Below the pieces are notes generated by a model, which had not been told where the DNA came from, made no database searches, and was given only the letters and a program-made list of their open reading frames with translations. The translations under genes and the position numbers were made by a program. Of a stretch of 48,626 bases of DNA, positions 8,709 to 19,237 are shown piece by piece (within the stretch, counting starts at the first letter, position 1; the number at the start of each line of letters is the position of its first letter). The DNA lies in the NCBI GenBank assembly GCA_947378095.1, contig CANCIL010000001.1, positions 1 to 48,626 of the forward strand, given 5' to 3'. Origin of the DNA: Betaproteobacteria bacterium (GTDB lineage: Bacteria > Pseudomonadota > Gammaproteobacteria > Burkholderiales > Burkholderiaceae).

Positions 8709-9481
8709 GTACGGTAAATAATTTTTCCTCTTCTAATAGTTACTGGATTAACTGGTTTAAGTTATCCAGCCCCAGCACCTTTTATCCGGTGGCGGGTAAG
8801 CTCATTCCCGTCTTTTGGGTGCTCGCTGCAATCTTTGGCATCGCAGGTTTATGGATTAGTTTTTTTGTGGCGCCAGTAGATGCAGTGCAAGGGCAGGGAT
8901 ATCGCATTATTTTTGTTCATGTGCCTGCCTCATGGATGTCCATGTTTATTTATTTGGTAATGGCTGCTTGGGCTGGCCTCGGTTTGATATTCAACACCCG
9001 TCTTTCTGCGATGATGGCTCAAGCACTTGCGCCCGTGGGTGCATGGATGGCTTTCTTATCTTTATGGACTGGTGCATTTTGGGGTAAACCCATGTGGGGT
9101 GCTTGGTGGGTATGGGATGCACGCCTTACTTCAGAATTAATTTTATTGTTTCTGTATTTAGGATTTATTGCCCTCCAAGCGTCCATTGATAATCCACGAA
9201 GAGCTGATAAAGCAGGTGCAATCTTGGCATTGGTAGGTGCAGTGAATGTGCCAATCATTTATTTTTCAGTGAAGTGGTGGAATACCTTACATCAAGGCGC
9301 TTCGGTTTCATTGACTAAGGCGCCAGCAATGGCACAGACTATGCTTTGGGGAATGATGTTGATGGCACTGTGTTTTTGGATGTATTCAATTGCTGTTGGT
9401 TTGATGCGAGTCCGAACACTTATTCTGGAGCGCGAGGCTCATACAGATTGGGTGAGACAATTAAAAGAGGTCAATAGTTGA
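8705..9481 (+). CDS. ccmC: Heme chaperone/exporter CcmC
   Basis: HVP, WGKPMWGAWWVWDARLTSEL (WWD domain), WWNTLHQ. Confidence 0.97.
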   Translation: MSTVNNFSSSNSYWINWFKLSSPSTFYPVAGKLIPVFWVLAAIFGIAGLWISFFVAPVDAVQGQGYRIIFVHVPASWMSMFIYLVMAAWAGLGLIFNTRLSAMMAQALAPVGAWMAFLSLWTGAFWGKPMWGAWWVWDARLTSELILLFLYLGFIALQASIDNPRRADKAGAILALVGAVNVPIIYFSVKWWNTLHQGASVSLTKAPAMAQTMLWGMMLMALCFWMYSIAVGLMRVRTLILEREAHTDWVRQLKEVNS

Positions 9482-9669
9482 TGTGGAATAGCCCCTCAGA
9501 ATTTTTTGCCATGGGTGGTTATGCTCTATATGTATGGAGCAGCTTTGGTATGTGCGCTCTCGTTTTGTTGTTAGAGCCTGTAGTGATTCGTGCCCGCCAT
9601 AAGCTGGTGGTGCGTCGACTCAAGCAACAACTCTTAGCAGAGCAATTTGATAAAGAAAGTAGTCAGTGA
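9481..9669 (+). CDS. ccmD: Heme exporter protein CcmD
   Basis: [16 protein letters not shown]; single TM plus basic tail; TGATG overlap with the ccmC stop. Confidence 0.93.
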   Translation: MWNSPSEFFAMGGYALYVWSSFGMCALVLLLEPVVIRARHKLVVRRLKQQLLAEQFDKESSQ

Positions 9670-10100
9670 AGCCAAGACATAAGCGTGCATTACTCATAGC
9701 AGCTGCTTTAGCGGTCATTGGGATTGCTGCGCTGTTGATTTTGAATGCACTCAATAGCAACATCGCGCTTTATGTCACACCTAGTGAAGTGGCCGCAGGC
9801 AAGGCGCCTAAGGGGCAAGCATTTCGAATTGGCGGAATGGTCAAGGATGGATCTGTAAAACGTGATGGTTTAACAGTGCACTTTGTGATTACTGATATGG
9901 TGAAAGATATTCCGGTGGCTTACACAGGCATTCTTCCGGATTTGTTTAAAGAAGGTAAGGGCGCTGTTATTCAAGGGCGTATTGATCCTAATGGTGAATT
10001 TATCGCCAGTGAGGTTTTGGCTAAGCATGATGAAAACTACATGCCCCCAGAAGCTAAGCATGCATTAGAGCAGGCGCAAAAAAATGGAAGCCCTAAATGA
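9666..10100 (+). CDS. ccmE: Heme chaperone CcmE
   Basis: [29 protein letters not shown] (HxxxY heme site). Confidence 0.97.
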   Translation: MKPRHKRALLIAAALAVIGIAALLILNALNSNIALYVTPSEVAAGKAPKGQAFRIGGMVKDGSVKRDGLTVHFVITDMVKDIPVAYTGILPDLFKEGKGAVIQGRIDPNGEFIASEVLAKHDENYMPPEAKHALEQAQKNGSPK

Positions 10101-12016
10101 TTCCTGAGTTTGGGCATTACGCATTAATTCTGGCGCTTTGTGTTGCTCTGATTCAAGGGATCTTGCCGCTGGTTGGTGCGCATCAAGGTCGTCGCGAATG
10201 GTTAGTCTTAGCACGGCCTGCAGCGCAAACGGTCTTCCTCTTGCTTGCGATTGCGTTTCTCACTTTGGCATGGAGTTTTTATGCCAATGATTTTTCAGTG
10301 CTCTATGTAGCAGAGCATTCCAACTCTCAGATGCCTGTGGTGTATCGATTGGGTGCCGTCTGGGGCGGCCATGAAGGATCGCTTTTACTCTGGGTTTTTT
10401 TGCTGAGTACCTGGACTATTTTGGTGGCTCAATTATCTAAAGCGCTTGACGAGTTTATGGTGGCGCGGGTGATTGGGGTATTGGGTTTAGTGAGTAGCGG
10501 TCTTCTCTTATTTGTACTGACCACCTCTAATCCATTTACTAGATTACTGCCCGCCGCTCCAGATGGCCGCTCTTTAAATCCTTTACTGCAAGATCCAGGC
10601 CTCGTCTTTCATCCTCCTATGTTGTACATGGGTTATGTTGGCTTCTCTGTTGCATTTGCATTTGCAATTGCCTCCTTATTATCTGGTCGCTTAGATGCGG
10701 CATGGGCGCGCTGGTCACGTCCTTGGACAACAGCTGCATGGATCTTTTTAACGCTCGGTATTGCCCTGGGTTCCTGGTGGGCTTATTACGAATTGGGTTG
10801 GGGAGGCTGGTGGTTTTGGGATCCAGTAGAGAACGCCTCATTTATTCCATGGTTAGTGGGCACAGCACTTTTACACTCCTTAGCAGTTACAGAAAAGCGG
10901 GGCGGATTTAAAAGTTGGACGGTCTTACTGGCTATCACGGCTTTCTCTTTATCGCTCTTAGGAACATTCTTAGTGCGTTCTGGTGTGCTTACTTCAGTGC
11001 ACGCTTTTGCTACTGATCCACGTCGCGGTATCTTTATCTTGATCTTTCTTTCTTTGGTGGTCGGATCATCCTTAGTTCTGTACGCCTGGCGTGCTCCAAA
11101 AAGCACAATGGGTGGAAAATTTAGTTTGAGCTCACGCGAGACATTGATCTTGCTTGGAAATGTCTTTCTAGTTGTTTCTGCTGGCTCGGTATTACTGGGG
11201 ACTTTGTATCCGCTCTTAATCGATGCCTTGCACTTAGGAAAGATTTCTGTGGGGCCTCCTTATTTCAATAGTGTGTTTGTTCCAATCATGATTCCTCTAC
11301 TAGTGCTGATGGGAATTGGGCCTTGGGCTAGCTGGAAACAAACTGATTTACTAACGGTTCTTAAGCGTTTATGGCTTGCTGGCGTGGTAGCAGTCCTTGC
11401 CGGCATTACTATTCCGCTCATCATGGGTGAGTTCACCTGGTTGGCTAGTATTGGCTTCTTATTGGCTTTTTGGGTTATCACCTCTGGTTGTCTGCAGATT
11501 ATTCGTCAAGCCAAACTGGGTAAACCAACCCGTTCATTTATGGGTATGCAAGTCGCTCACTTAGGTATTGCGGTCTTTGTGATTGGTGTAACCATGGTAG
11601 GTGCTTATCAGGAAGAGAAGGACGTTCGAATGTCAGCGGGAGAAACCGTTCAAGTGGGCGGTTATCAAATCCAATTGCAAGATGTAAAGCAGGTCCCAGG
11701 ACCTAACTACACTGCGATGCGTGGCACTTTCTTGCTGAGTAAAAATGGCGGAAGCCAAACATCACTCTATCCTGAAAAACGGAGCTATTTTTCTTCTACG
11801 ATGCCGATGACTGAGGCGGCTATCGATGTTGGTTTAACCCGTGATATTTATGTTTCCTTGGGTGAAGAGCTTGGCGATAAGTCCTGGGCAGTGCGTGTGT
11901 ACTACAAGCCTTTTGTAGATTGGATTTGGGGCGGTTGCTTGCTGATGGCCTTAGGCGGAGTTTTAGCCATCTCTGATAAGCGCTATCGCATGAAGTTAAA
12001 AGGCCAAACAATATGA
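10097..12016 (+). CDS. ccmF: Heme lyase CcmF
   Basis: [44 protein letters not shown]. Confidence 0.98.
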   Translation: MIPEFGHYALILALCVALIQGILPLVGAHQGRREWLVLARPAAQTVFLLLAIAFLTLAWSFYANDFSVLYVAEHSNSQMPVVYRLGAVWGGHEGSLLLWVFLLSTWTILVAQLSKALDEFMVARVIGVLGLVSSGLLLFVLTTSNPFTRLLPAAPDGRSLNPLLQDPGLVFHPPMLYMGYVGFSVAFAFAIASLLSGRLDAAWARWSRPWTTAAWIFLTLGIALGSWWAYYELGWGGWWFWDPVENASFIPWLVGTALLHSLAVTEKRGGFKSWTVLLAITAFSLSLLGTFLVRSGVLTSVHAFATDPRRGIFILIFLSLVVGSSLVLYAWRAPKSTMGGKFSLSSRETLILLGNVFLVVSAGSVLLGTLYPLLIDALHLGKISVGPPYFNSVFVPIMIPLLVLMGIGPWASWKQTDLLTVLKRLWLAGVVAVLAGITIPLIMGEFTWLASIGFLLAFWVITSGCLQIIRQAKLGKPTRSFMGMQVAHLGIAVFVIGVTMVGAYQEEKDVRMSAGETVQVGGYQIQLQDVKQVPGPNYTAMRGTFLLSKNGGSQTSLYPEKRSYFSSTMPMTEAAIDVGLTRDIYVSLGEELGDKSWAVRVYYKPFVDWIWGGCLLMALGGVLAISDKRYRMKLKGQTI

Positions 12017-12543
12017 AGGCTAAGTTTTTAATACCACTGTTACTCTTCATAGTGCTAGTTGGATTTTTAGCAGTCGGTTTAAATCGCGATCCCCATGAAG
12101 TGCCATCGCCATTAATTAATAAGGCCGCTCCTGCGTTTGAGATTGCCCAGTTAGAGCAATCCAATAAAACTTTTTCACCGGCCTCTATGAAAGGGCAGGT
12201 ATGGATTCTGAATGTTTGGGCTTCATGGTGTGTCGCCTGTCGTGAAGAGCACCCTGTGCTTGTAGAGTTAGCTCAATCTCAAGTTGCCCCTGTGATTGGA
12301 TTAGATTACAAAGACAAGCGTGAAGATGCGCTGGCGATGTTGTCTAGGCAAGGCAACCCTTATTTGCTTTCTGCATATGATGCTAATGGACGTGTTGGAA
12401 TTGACTATGGTGTTTATGGCGTTCCTGAAACCTATGTGATTGATCGCGCTGGCGTGATTCGTTTTAAACATATTGGACCCATTACTACTCAGCTTTTAAA
12501 TCAAAAGATATTTCCTTTGATCAGTGAGCTTAAGAAATCATGA
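12013..12543 (+). CDS. ccmG: Thiol:disulfide oxidoreductase CcmG/DsbE
   Basis: NVWASWCVACREEHP, GVYGVPETY. Confidence 0.96.
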   Translation: MKAKFLIPLLLFIVLVGFLAVGLNRDPHEVPSPLINKAAPAFEIAQLEQSNKTFSPASMKGQVWILNVWASWCVACREEHPVLVELAQSQVAPVIGLDYKDKREDALAMLSRQGNPYLLSAYDANGRVGIDYGVYGVPETYVIDRAGVIRFKHIGPITTQLLNQKIFPLISELKKS

Positions 12544-13016
12544 AGTCTTTACTGCTGATCTACGCCGCTCTTTTATGTTTTGGAACATCTTTTGCAAAAG
12601 ATGCTGCTCCGCTTGCACAAGACCCTGTTGTAGAACAGCGCCTCATTAGTATTTCTGAAGAGATGCGTTGCTTGGTTTGCCAGAATGAGTCTTTAGCTGG
12701 CTCACGATCAGATTTAGCAAATGACCTTCGCAGAGAAATTCGTACTCTCATACAAGAGGGTAAAAGTGATGATCAAATCAGAACCTTTATGGTGGAGCGC
12801 TATGGTGATTTTGTGCTCTATCGCCCACCAGTGAAGCCGATTACTTGGTTGCTATGGGTTGGGCCCTTTGTTATTTTGATCATTGGTATTGCAGGTTTAA
12901 TGATGTACTTGCGTCGCAGAAACCAAAGCATACCAAGCACCACTCTCACAGAAGCAGACAATCAAAAAATTGATGCGCTACTGAATCAAGATAGAAAAGA
13001 CCGGCTTAATGACTAA
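12540..13016 (+). CDS. ccmH: Cytochrome c biogenesis protein CcmH (CycL)
   Basis: MRCLVCQNESL, ERYGDFVLYRPP, C-terminal TM. Confidence 0.95.
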   Translation: MKSLLLIYAALLCFGTSFAKDAAPLAQDPVVEQRLISISEEMRCLVCQNESLAGSRSDLANDLRREIRTLIQEGKSDDQIRTFMVERYGDFVLYRPPVKPITWLLWVGPFVILIIGIAGLMMYLRRRNQSIPSTTLTEADNQKIDALLNQDRKDRLND

Positions 13017-14199
13017 TTTTTTCATCCCTGCGTTTTTACTGCTGGCATTAGCGCTGCTCTTGCTGTTGCGCCCCTTTTTATTTCCTGGAAAAGTAGCCGC
13101 TACCTCTCGCCGTCAAATGAATGCGGCGATCTATCGCGAAGAGTTGGATAAATTAGAGGCAGAACGTACTGCTGGTCTCATTACTTCAGCAGACTATGAA
13201 ATTTCTCATGCAGAAATGCGTCAACGCCTTTTTCAAGATACCAATGAAGAGGATGATCACGCTACTTTAGGATCGACCAAGAAAACAGCCATTGCGCTCT
13301 TACTGTTTGTAGTGATTCTTTCCTCGGGACTCTATTTTGCTTTGGGTGACGTCACTCGTGTTGCTCAAACGAATACTGAAAATCCAATGACTCAAGAAGG
13401 TGTTGAGAAGATGGTGAATGAGTTCGCCCTCAAGATGGAAAAGGATCCAAGCAACTTAAAGGGTTGGGCGATGCTTGCACGTTCTTATCGCATCTTAGGT
13501 CGTAATGAAGAGGCTGCTAAAGCTTACGCACGTGCTGGTAACTTTGTTGACTCAGATCCTCAACTATTGGCGGATTATGCTGATGCATTGGCGTCCAATG
13601 CGAATGGTAACTTTAGCGGTAAGCCACTGAGTTTGATTAATCAGGCCTTGAAATTAGATCCCAATAATTTGATGGCGCTGTGGTTATCGGGTACTGCTGC
13701 ATTTAGTGCTGGTAATTATCGATCTGCAGTGCAGGCTTGGGAAAAGCTTGCTGCTCAATTACCTCCCAATTCTGAGGACCTCAAGGCAATTGAGGGGTCA
13801 ATAGCTGAAGCACGCTCTAAGGGTGGCTTGAGCGTCAAGGCGCCGGCAGCTCCCTCTGGAAAGGGAATTAGTGGTCAGATTGAATTATCGAATGATCTGA
13901 AATCCAAAGTGAATGCAGGTGACACGGTGCTGGTGATTGCACGACAAGTAGGCGAGCGTATGCCAGTTGCGGTATTAAAAACTTCCGTAGCGCAATTTCC
14001 GATGCGCTTTGTACTGAATGATGCACTTGCTATGAATCCTGGCGCCCCTCTATCTAAGTTGAAAGAGGTTTCAGTTGAGGTGAGGATCTCAAAAACAGGT
14101 ATGGCCAAGCCAGAACCTGGAGATTTAATTTCTGCAGTGCAAACGATTCAGGTCGGGACTGAGAATGCTCGACTTTTAGTGGACCAGGTACGCCAGTAA
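13009..14199 (+). CDS. ccmI: Cytochrome c biogenesis protein CcmI (CycH), TPR plus Ig-like C-terminal domain
   Basis: N.AIYRE.L..LE, GW.MLARSY TPR helices, MPVAV...FP..F.L.DA.AM.P, RISKTG.A. Confidence 0.93.
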   Translation: MTNFFIPAFLLLALALLLLLRPFLFPGKVAATSRRQMNAAIYREELDKLEAERTAGLITSADYEISHAEMRQRLFQDTNEEDDHATLGSTKKTAIALLLFVVILSSGLYFALGDVTRVAQTNTENPMTQEGVEKMVNEFALKMEKDPSNLKGWAMLARSYRILGRNEEAAKAYARAGNFVDSDPQLLADYADALASNANGNFSGKPLSLINQALKLDPNNLMALWLSGTAAFSAGNYRSAVQAWEKLAAQLPPNSEDLKAIEGSIAEARSKGGLSVKAPAAPSGKGISGQIELSNDLKSKVNAGDTVLVIARQVGERMPVAVLKTSVAQFPMRFVLNDALAMNPGAPLSKLKEVSVEVRISKTGMAKPEPGDLISAVQTIQVGTENARLLVDQVRQ

Positions 14200-14215
14200 A
14201 CTTGGCGCTGATCTC

Positions 14216-14977
14216 TTAGCCGCGACCTACAAAAGGCATTTTTGTGGCCATGATGGTCATCGATAAAATGTTGCTCTCTAGTGGAAGTTGCGCCATGTGT
14301 AGTACTGCTTCGCCAACATGGGTGACATCCATACGCGGCTCCACCTTAATCGATTGATCGGCTTGCAAGATGCCATTTGCCATTCGCTCAGTCATTTCTG
14401 TTGCCGCATTTCCGATATCAATCTGTCCGCAGGTAATATTAAAAGGACGACCATCTAAAGCAATGGTTTTGGTGAGTCCACTGATGGCATGTTTTGTAGA
14501 AGTGTAGGGCGCTGACATTGGTCGTGGGGCATGTGCAGAGATTGAGCCATTATTAATAATTCTGCCGCCTTGCGGAGACTGCGCTTTCATCATTCGAATC
14601 GCTTCTTGTGAGCAGAGGAAGGCGCCACACAGATTGGCATTCACCACATTCATAAACTGCTCGTAAGTTAAATCTTCCATCGGTATTGCTGGAGCGCCCA
14701 TACCCGCATTATTAAATAAAACATCGATTCGCCCAAATTTCGCCTTCAATGCAGCAAATAATGCTTTGACATCTAATGGTTTACCAACATCACAAGCGAC
14801 GGCGAGGCAGTTACTTTCATTTCCGCCAATATCAGTAATCGCCTTTTGTAATCGCTCTAGATTGCGACCAGTCAGAACAACATTAAATCCGCCTTTAAGC
14901 AGGGCTTTTGCCGCAGCCTTTCCAATACCGGTTCCGGCGCCAGTGACGAGGGCTACTTTGATTTGGCTTGCATTCAT
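14216..14977 (-). CDS. Classical SDR oxidoreductase
   Basis: [25 protein letters not shown]; ATG 14977 preferred over upstream TTG. Confidence 0.9.
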   Translation of the reverse strand: MNASQIKVALVTGAGTGIGKAAAKALLKGGFNVVLTGRNLERLQKAITDIGGNESNCLAVACDVGKPLDVKALFAALKAKFGRIDVLFNNAGMGAPAIPMEDLTYEQFMNVVNANLCGAFLCSQEAIRMMKAQSPQGGRIINNGSISAHAPRPMSAPYTSTKHAISGLTKTIALDGRPFNITCGQIDIGNAATEMTERMANGILQADQSIKVEPRMDVTHVGEAVLHMAQLPLESNILSMTIMATKMPFVGRG

Positions 14978-15092
14978 AATGATCTCTAGAGGTTCCAAAA
15001 GACCTCATCTTATCTCGATTTATTTACCAAATTTGAATCTTTTGCCAATTCCTTGGCTCGGGGCATAATGCAAAAAAAGAATTGAGATAGAT

Positions 15093-16394
15093 ATGCCTTC
15101 CCTGAAAAAACACTTTTTTACCCCTTGGGCTATTGCCCTCAGTTTTTTATTGCTTTTAGCTGGTCTATTTGCGGTCTTATGGGTCTTGATCCCGCCACCA
15201 CCTAAAACAATAGAGATGGCTACGGGCTTTCCTACAGGCCTGTATTACCAATTTGGAGAGCGCTTAAAGACTGAGCTGAATCAAGAGGGTGTGAATTTAC
15301 AGATTAAGGCTACGGGCGGCACTTTAGATAACTTGGCATTATTGAGTGATCCAAAGTCTGGTGTGGGATTTGCCATGATTCAGGGTGGGGTAGCCAATAC
15401 CAGTCAATATCCTGATTTGGTTTCTATTGCTGGAATGTTTTATGAGCCTATTTGGGTTTGGTATCGCGATGCGTCATTTAAAGGTGACGGTAGTCCGGTG
15501 CGCACGCTGAGTCAGTTAAAAGGTAAACGAGTTTCAATCGGTAATGATGGTAGCGGTACCTTGGCTTTGAGTCAGGCAATGTTGAAGCTCAGCGGCATTA
15601 CTGAAAAGGAAATTCAGGCTGAGAAGCTAAAACCAGATGAAGCTATTAAAAAACTGAATAACGGTGAACTGGATGCAGTGTTTATTGTGGCAGCTGCAGA
15701 GGCACCAATTTTGAAGCAGTTCTACACTATCCCTGGTGTTCGCTTGATGAGCTTTGACCAGGCTGACGCTTACGCCCGCAATCTACCCTACCTTTCTAAG
15801 GTATCGGTACCAAGAGGATTGTTGAGTATTGAATATGATCTACCTCGTCAGGATATTCAGGTGCTAGCTGCCACAGCAACTTTGGTAGCACATGACTCTA
15901 TTAGCCCTGCCATGGTCTCTCTTCTGCTCGGTGCTTCTTACGATATTTTGAAATCCTATTCTCGCCTACAAAAAGTAGGTGAGTTTCCATCTAGCGCTGG
16001 CTTAGATTTTCCTTTGCAAATTGATGCAGAAATTTATCTGAAGGATGGCCCCTCATTCTTACATCGACACTTGCCATTCTGGACGGCTGTTTGGGTGGGT
16101 CGTTTAATGAAAATCATCATTCCATTACTCGTTATCTTGATACCGCTATTTACCTATCTTCCCACGGCAACGAATTTACTCTTAAAGTTGAAGCTAGCTA
16201 GAGTCTATGAGGAGTTAAAGAGGATTGATAGGAATGCCCATAACTCTGACCTGCGAGAAAAAAACTTCAGGGATCTAGAGTCAATTGAGGCTCGTGTCGG
16301 TAATATTAAGGTATCCAGATTAGACGCAAAAGAGTTGTATGACTTAAAGGGGCATGTTGGGGATGTGCGTAGCCGTTTGAATCAGTTGAAATAA
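15093..16394 (+). CDS. Membrane-anchored TAXI-family solute-binding protein with C-terminal TM and tail
   Basis: ATG..TGLYY.FG, GGTLDNL.LL, YEPIWVW, LKGKRVSIG..GSGT; N-terminal TM and second TM near aa 330-360. Confidence 0.85.
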   Translation: MPSLKKHFFTPWAIALSFLLLLAGLFAVLWVLIPPPPKTIEMATGFPTGLYYQFGERLKTELNQEGVNLQIKATGGTLDNLALLSDPKSGVGFAMIQGGVANTSQYPDLVSIAGMFYEPIWVWYRDASFKGDGSPVRTLSQLKGKRVSIGNDGSGTLALSQAMLKLSGITEKEIQAEKLKPDEAIKKLNNGELDAVFIVAAAEAPILKQFYTIPGVRLMSFDQADAYARNLPYLSKVSVPRGLLSIEYDLPRQDIQVLAATATLVAHDSISPAMVSLLLGASYDILKSYSRLQKVGEFPSSAGLDFPLQIDAEIYLKDGPSFLHRHLPFWTAVWVGRLMKIIIPLLVILIPLFTYLPTATNLLLKLKLARVYEELKRIDRNAHNSDLREKNFRDLESIEARVGNIKVSRLDAKELYDLKGHVGDVRSRLNQLK

Positions 16395-16404
16395 AGAGGC
16401 AATC

Positions 16405-17376
16405 ATGATGAAGAATAAACTGTATCAATATTTATTGGCGCTTGTATTTGGTTTGTTGTCAACGCAACTTGCTGCGCAGCCATATCCCAATAAACCCATT
16501 TCTTTGGTAGTGCCACAAACTGCTGGCGGTACCAATGACATTGTGGCGCGTTTAGTTGCTCCCGCTTTTGGGGAGGCTATTAGCGCTTCTGTTGTAGTTG
16601 AAAATAGGCCGGGCGCTGGTGGCAATATCGGTACACAAAGTGTGGCTAGATCTGCAAAAGATGGCTATACACTTTTGCTTACGATTAATAGCGCTCAAGC
16701 TATCAATCCCGCGCTGTATAAAAATCCTGGATTTGATCCCATTAATGACTTTGTACCTTTGTACTATATTGGCGCCACTCCTTATGTATTAGTTACGCCA
16801 CCTGGGTCACCTTATAAAACATTGGCAGATGTGGTTGCAGCTGCCAAGAAAAAACCAGGTGAGCTATCTTATGCATCTGCTGGTAATGGCACTATTAGTC
16901 ACTTATTAGGTGCCATGCTTAATACGAGTGCTGGCATTGAAATGCAACACATTCCATATAAGGGTGTAGCGCCTGCAATTAATGATGTATTGGGTGGGCA
17001 GGTTCCATTGGCTTTTGCTAGTCTCCCTTCGGCTTTGAATTACATTAAGGCTGGCAAGTTACAGGCGATTGCAATTAGCTCAGCCAAGCGCTCTAGTGCA
17101 GCTCCTGAAATACCAACCATTGCAGAAACTTATCCTGATTGTGTTGGTGAAGTATGGGTTGCGATTTTTGCTCCCATGGGAGTGAGTGCCGATGTTGTGA
17201 AAAAAATCCAAGCGGCAATGGATAAAGTGATGGCAAGACCGGATGTGAGGGAAAAGCTCATTGCTCAAGGCCTAGATTTAAGTCCTGTTCCAAGCGCTAA
17301 ATTGGCGTCCTTACTCAAAGATGAATTAGCGAAATGGGTAAAAATTGTGAAAGCTTCAGGTGCGCAGCTTGATTAG
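16405..17376 (+). CDS. Bug/TctC substrate-binding protein
   Basis: YPNKPISLVVPQTAGGTND, ENRPGAGG, YASAGNGTISHL, HIPYKG. Confidence 0.93.
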   Translation: MMKNKLYQYLLALVFGLLSTQLAAQPYPNKPISLVVPQTAGGTNDIVARLVAPAFGEAISASVVVENRPGAGGNIGTQSVARSAKDGYTLLLTINSAQAINPALYKNPGFDPINDFVPLYYIGATPYVLVTPPGSPYKTLADVVAAAKKKPGELSYASAGNGTISHLLGAMLNTSAGIEMQHIPYKGVAPAINDVLGGQVPLAFASLPSALNYIKAGKLQAIAISSAKRSSAAPEIPTIAETYPDCVGEVWVAIFAPMGVSADVVKKIQAAMDKVMARPDVREKLIAQGLDLSPVPSAKLASLLKDELAKWVKIVKASGAQLD

Positions 17377-17410
17377 AGAATATTTCCATGGATTGCCATA
17401 AAATCATCGG

Positions 17411-18166
17411 ATGAGCATCTCACCTTTAAACCCGCCCTTAACTATAGTTAAAGAACTTGCGGCAGGTTTGCGTGCCGATGGTTACGTGGTAGCTTCTGCA
17501 GAAACGGTTGCTGAGCTTGCTCATGTTCCTGTGGCTGACTTACAGGCCTTATCGCAATATTGGGAAGGCTTGCCGCGTGATCCTTATTTAAAGGATGGCG
17601 GTCGTTATCGTTTTCGTCGCCATGCCAGCTATGAGATCAAAAAAGAAGTGCTCGATTTAGTGCCCCATCGTGCGCATTGGCAATCAGTCGATTACAACGC
17701 CTTGCACGGTGGAATTGAGAGATGGTTTGAGCCGATTCAAAAATCATTACTGAGTAATTCAGCTTGGCAATCGCTCTTATTGGGATTAGGTGAGATATTA
17801 AGTGGTTTAAAACCAGTGAATACTTGGTTTGTTGAAGCACATCAATTTCGGATTGATACCACCGATGGTATTGGTCGACCAACACCTGAAGGTGCTCATC
17901 GAGATGGCGTAGATTTTGTTGCTGTCTTTTTATTAGATCGTGTTGGCATCAAGGGTGGTGAAACCAGAATCTTTGATGCCAAAGGTTCTGCAGGTTTGCG
18001 TTTTACTTTGACCCAACCTTGGTCTGTATTGCTGATGAATGATGAGCGGATGATTCATGAATCCACCCCCATTCAGCCAGTCGGAAATTATGGCTACCGC
18101 GATACCTTGGTATTAACCTACCGCTCTAGTGGATTCCAAGATTCACCCAATAAAAGCCAGCAATAA
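17411..18166 (+). CDS. 2OG-Fe(II) dioxygenase (2OG-Fe_Oxy_2 / BsmA-like family)
   Basis: DPYLKDGGRYRFRR, HQFRI, PEGAHRDG (HxD), HESTP, RDTLVLT. Confidence 0.88.
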   Translation: MSISPLNPPLTIVKELAAGLRADGYVVASAETVAELAHVPVADLQALSQYWEGLPRDPYLKDGGRYRFRRHASYEIKKEVLDLVPHRAHWQSVDYNALHGGIERWFEPIQKSLLSNSAWQSLLLGLGEILSGLKPVNTWFVEAHQFRIDTTDGIGRPTPEGAHRDGVDFVAVFLLDRVGIKGGETRIFDAKGSAGLRFTLTQPWSVLLMNDERMIHESTPIQPVGNYGYRDTLVLTYRSSGFQDSPNKSQQ

Positions 18167-18170
18167 GGGT

Positions 18171-19154
18171 TTATTCTGGCTCCATGCCGGCTTCTTTAAT
18201 CGCCTTGGCCCACTTCACAGTTTCTAATTTAATCTTCTGACCCAATGCTTCTGGTGTGCCTGGTTGTGATTCAAAACCCATAGCAGCAAAACGCTCAACT
18301 AAATCTTTCGATTTAGCGGCATCGTTAATGGTTTTATTCAATTTCATGACTGCCTCTTTTGGCATGCCTGCTGGACCAAAGGCGGCAAAAAATGCAATCA
18401 ACTCATAACCCTTGATGCCTAGTGCCTCATTAACAGTGGGAAGTTCGGGAATGGCGGGAGAGCGTTTTAGTGAGGTCACTGCAAGGCCGCGAATTTTGCC
18501 TGCTTGTACCTGCGGTAAGGTCACCGCAAAGTCAGCGGTGAACATATTGACTTGTCCGCCAATTAAATCTGTCATGGCATTTGGTCCACTCTTGTAAGAG
18601 ACGCCGGTCATCTTAATGCCTGCAACACTGGAGAGCATTTCTGAAGAAACGCGTTGTGAAGTACTGGCATACGCAAAAGTCATTCTCCCTGGATCAGCTT
18701 TTGCAAGAGAAACAAAACCGTTTAATGATTTAGCGGGCACATCGTTGTTGATGGCAACAATTAAAGGCACCGAGCCAAAGTAACCAATCGGCGTAAACGC
18801 AGTATCTTGGTTATAAGAAAGATTTTTCACTAGGCTCTTTAAAGCCGCATTGGTACTGTTAGTTCCAAAAAGCAGGGTGTAACCATCGGCTGGAGATTTG
18901 GCTACTAAGTCGGCACCAATCATGCCGTTGGCTCCAGGACGATTTTCAATCACAACAGGCTGCCCTAATGATTCAGCCATTTTGGCTGCAAAGGCTCTGC
19001 CAATTTGATCTGTTGCACTACCTGCAGCAAACGGCACAATAGCTTTGATTGGTTTTGAGGGGTAATTATCTGCAAGCGTACAGGTAGCGCCAAGAGTCAT
19101 GAAGAGACCGGCACAGAACAAAATTAAGCGACTTAATGGGGTTTGGGTTTTCAT
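18171..19154 (-). CDS. Bug/TctC substrate-binding protein
   Basis: YPSKPIKAIVPFAAGSATD, ENRPGANG, DGYTLL; ATG 19154 preceded by GGAG. Confidence 0.92.
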   Translation of the reverse strand: MKTQTPLSRLILFCAGLFMTLGATCTLADNYPSKPIKAIVPFAAGSATDQIGRAFAAKMAESLGQPVVIENRPGANGMIGADLVAKSPADGYTLLFGTNSTNAALKSLVKNLSYNQDTAFTPIGYFGSVPLIVAINNDVPAKSLNGFVSLAKADPGRMTFAYASTSQRVSSEMLSSVAGIKMTGVSYKSGPNAMTDLIGGQVNMFTADFAVTLPQVQAGKIRGLAVTSLKRSPAIPELPTVNEALGIKGYELIAFFAAFGPAGMPKEAVMKLNKTINDAAKSKDLVERFAAMGFESQPGTPEALGQKIKLETVKWAKAIKEAGMEPE

Positions 19155-19237
19155 AGTGTCTCCGCTGTTTTTCATAGTGTAGCGGGTCTTGGTGCCTGAG
19201 GGCGAGTAGAATAAGTTCACGTTTTTACTGAGTCTTT

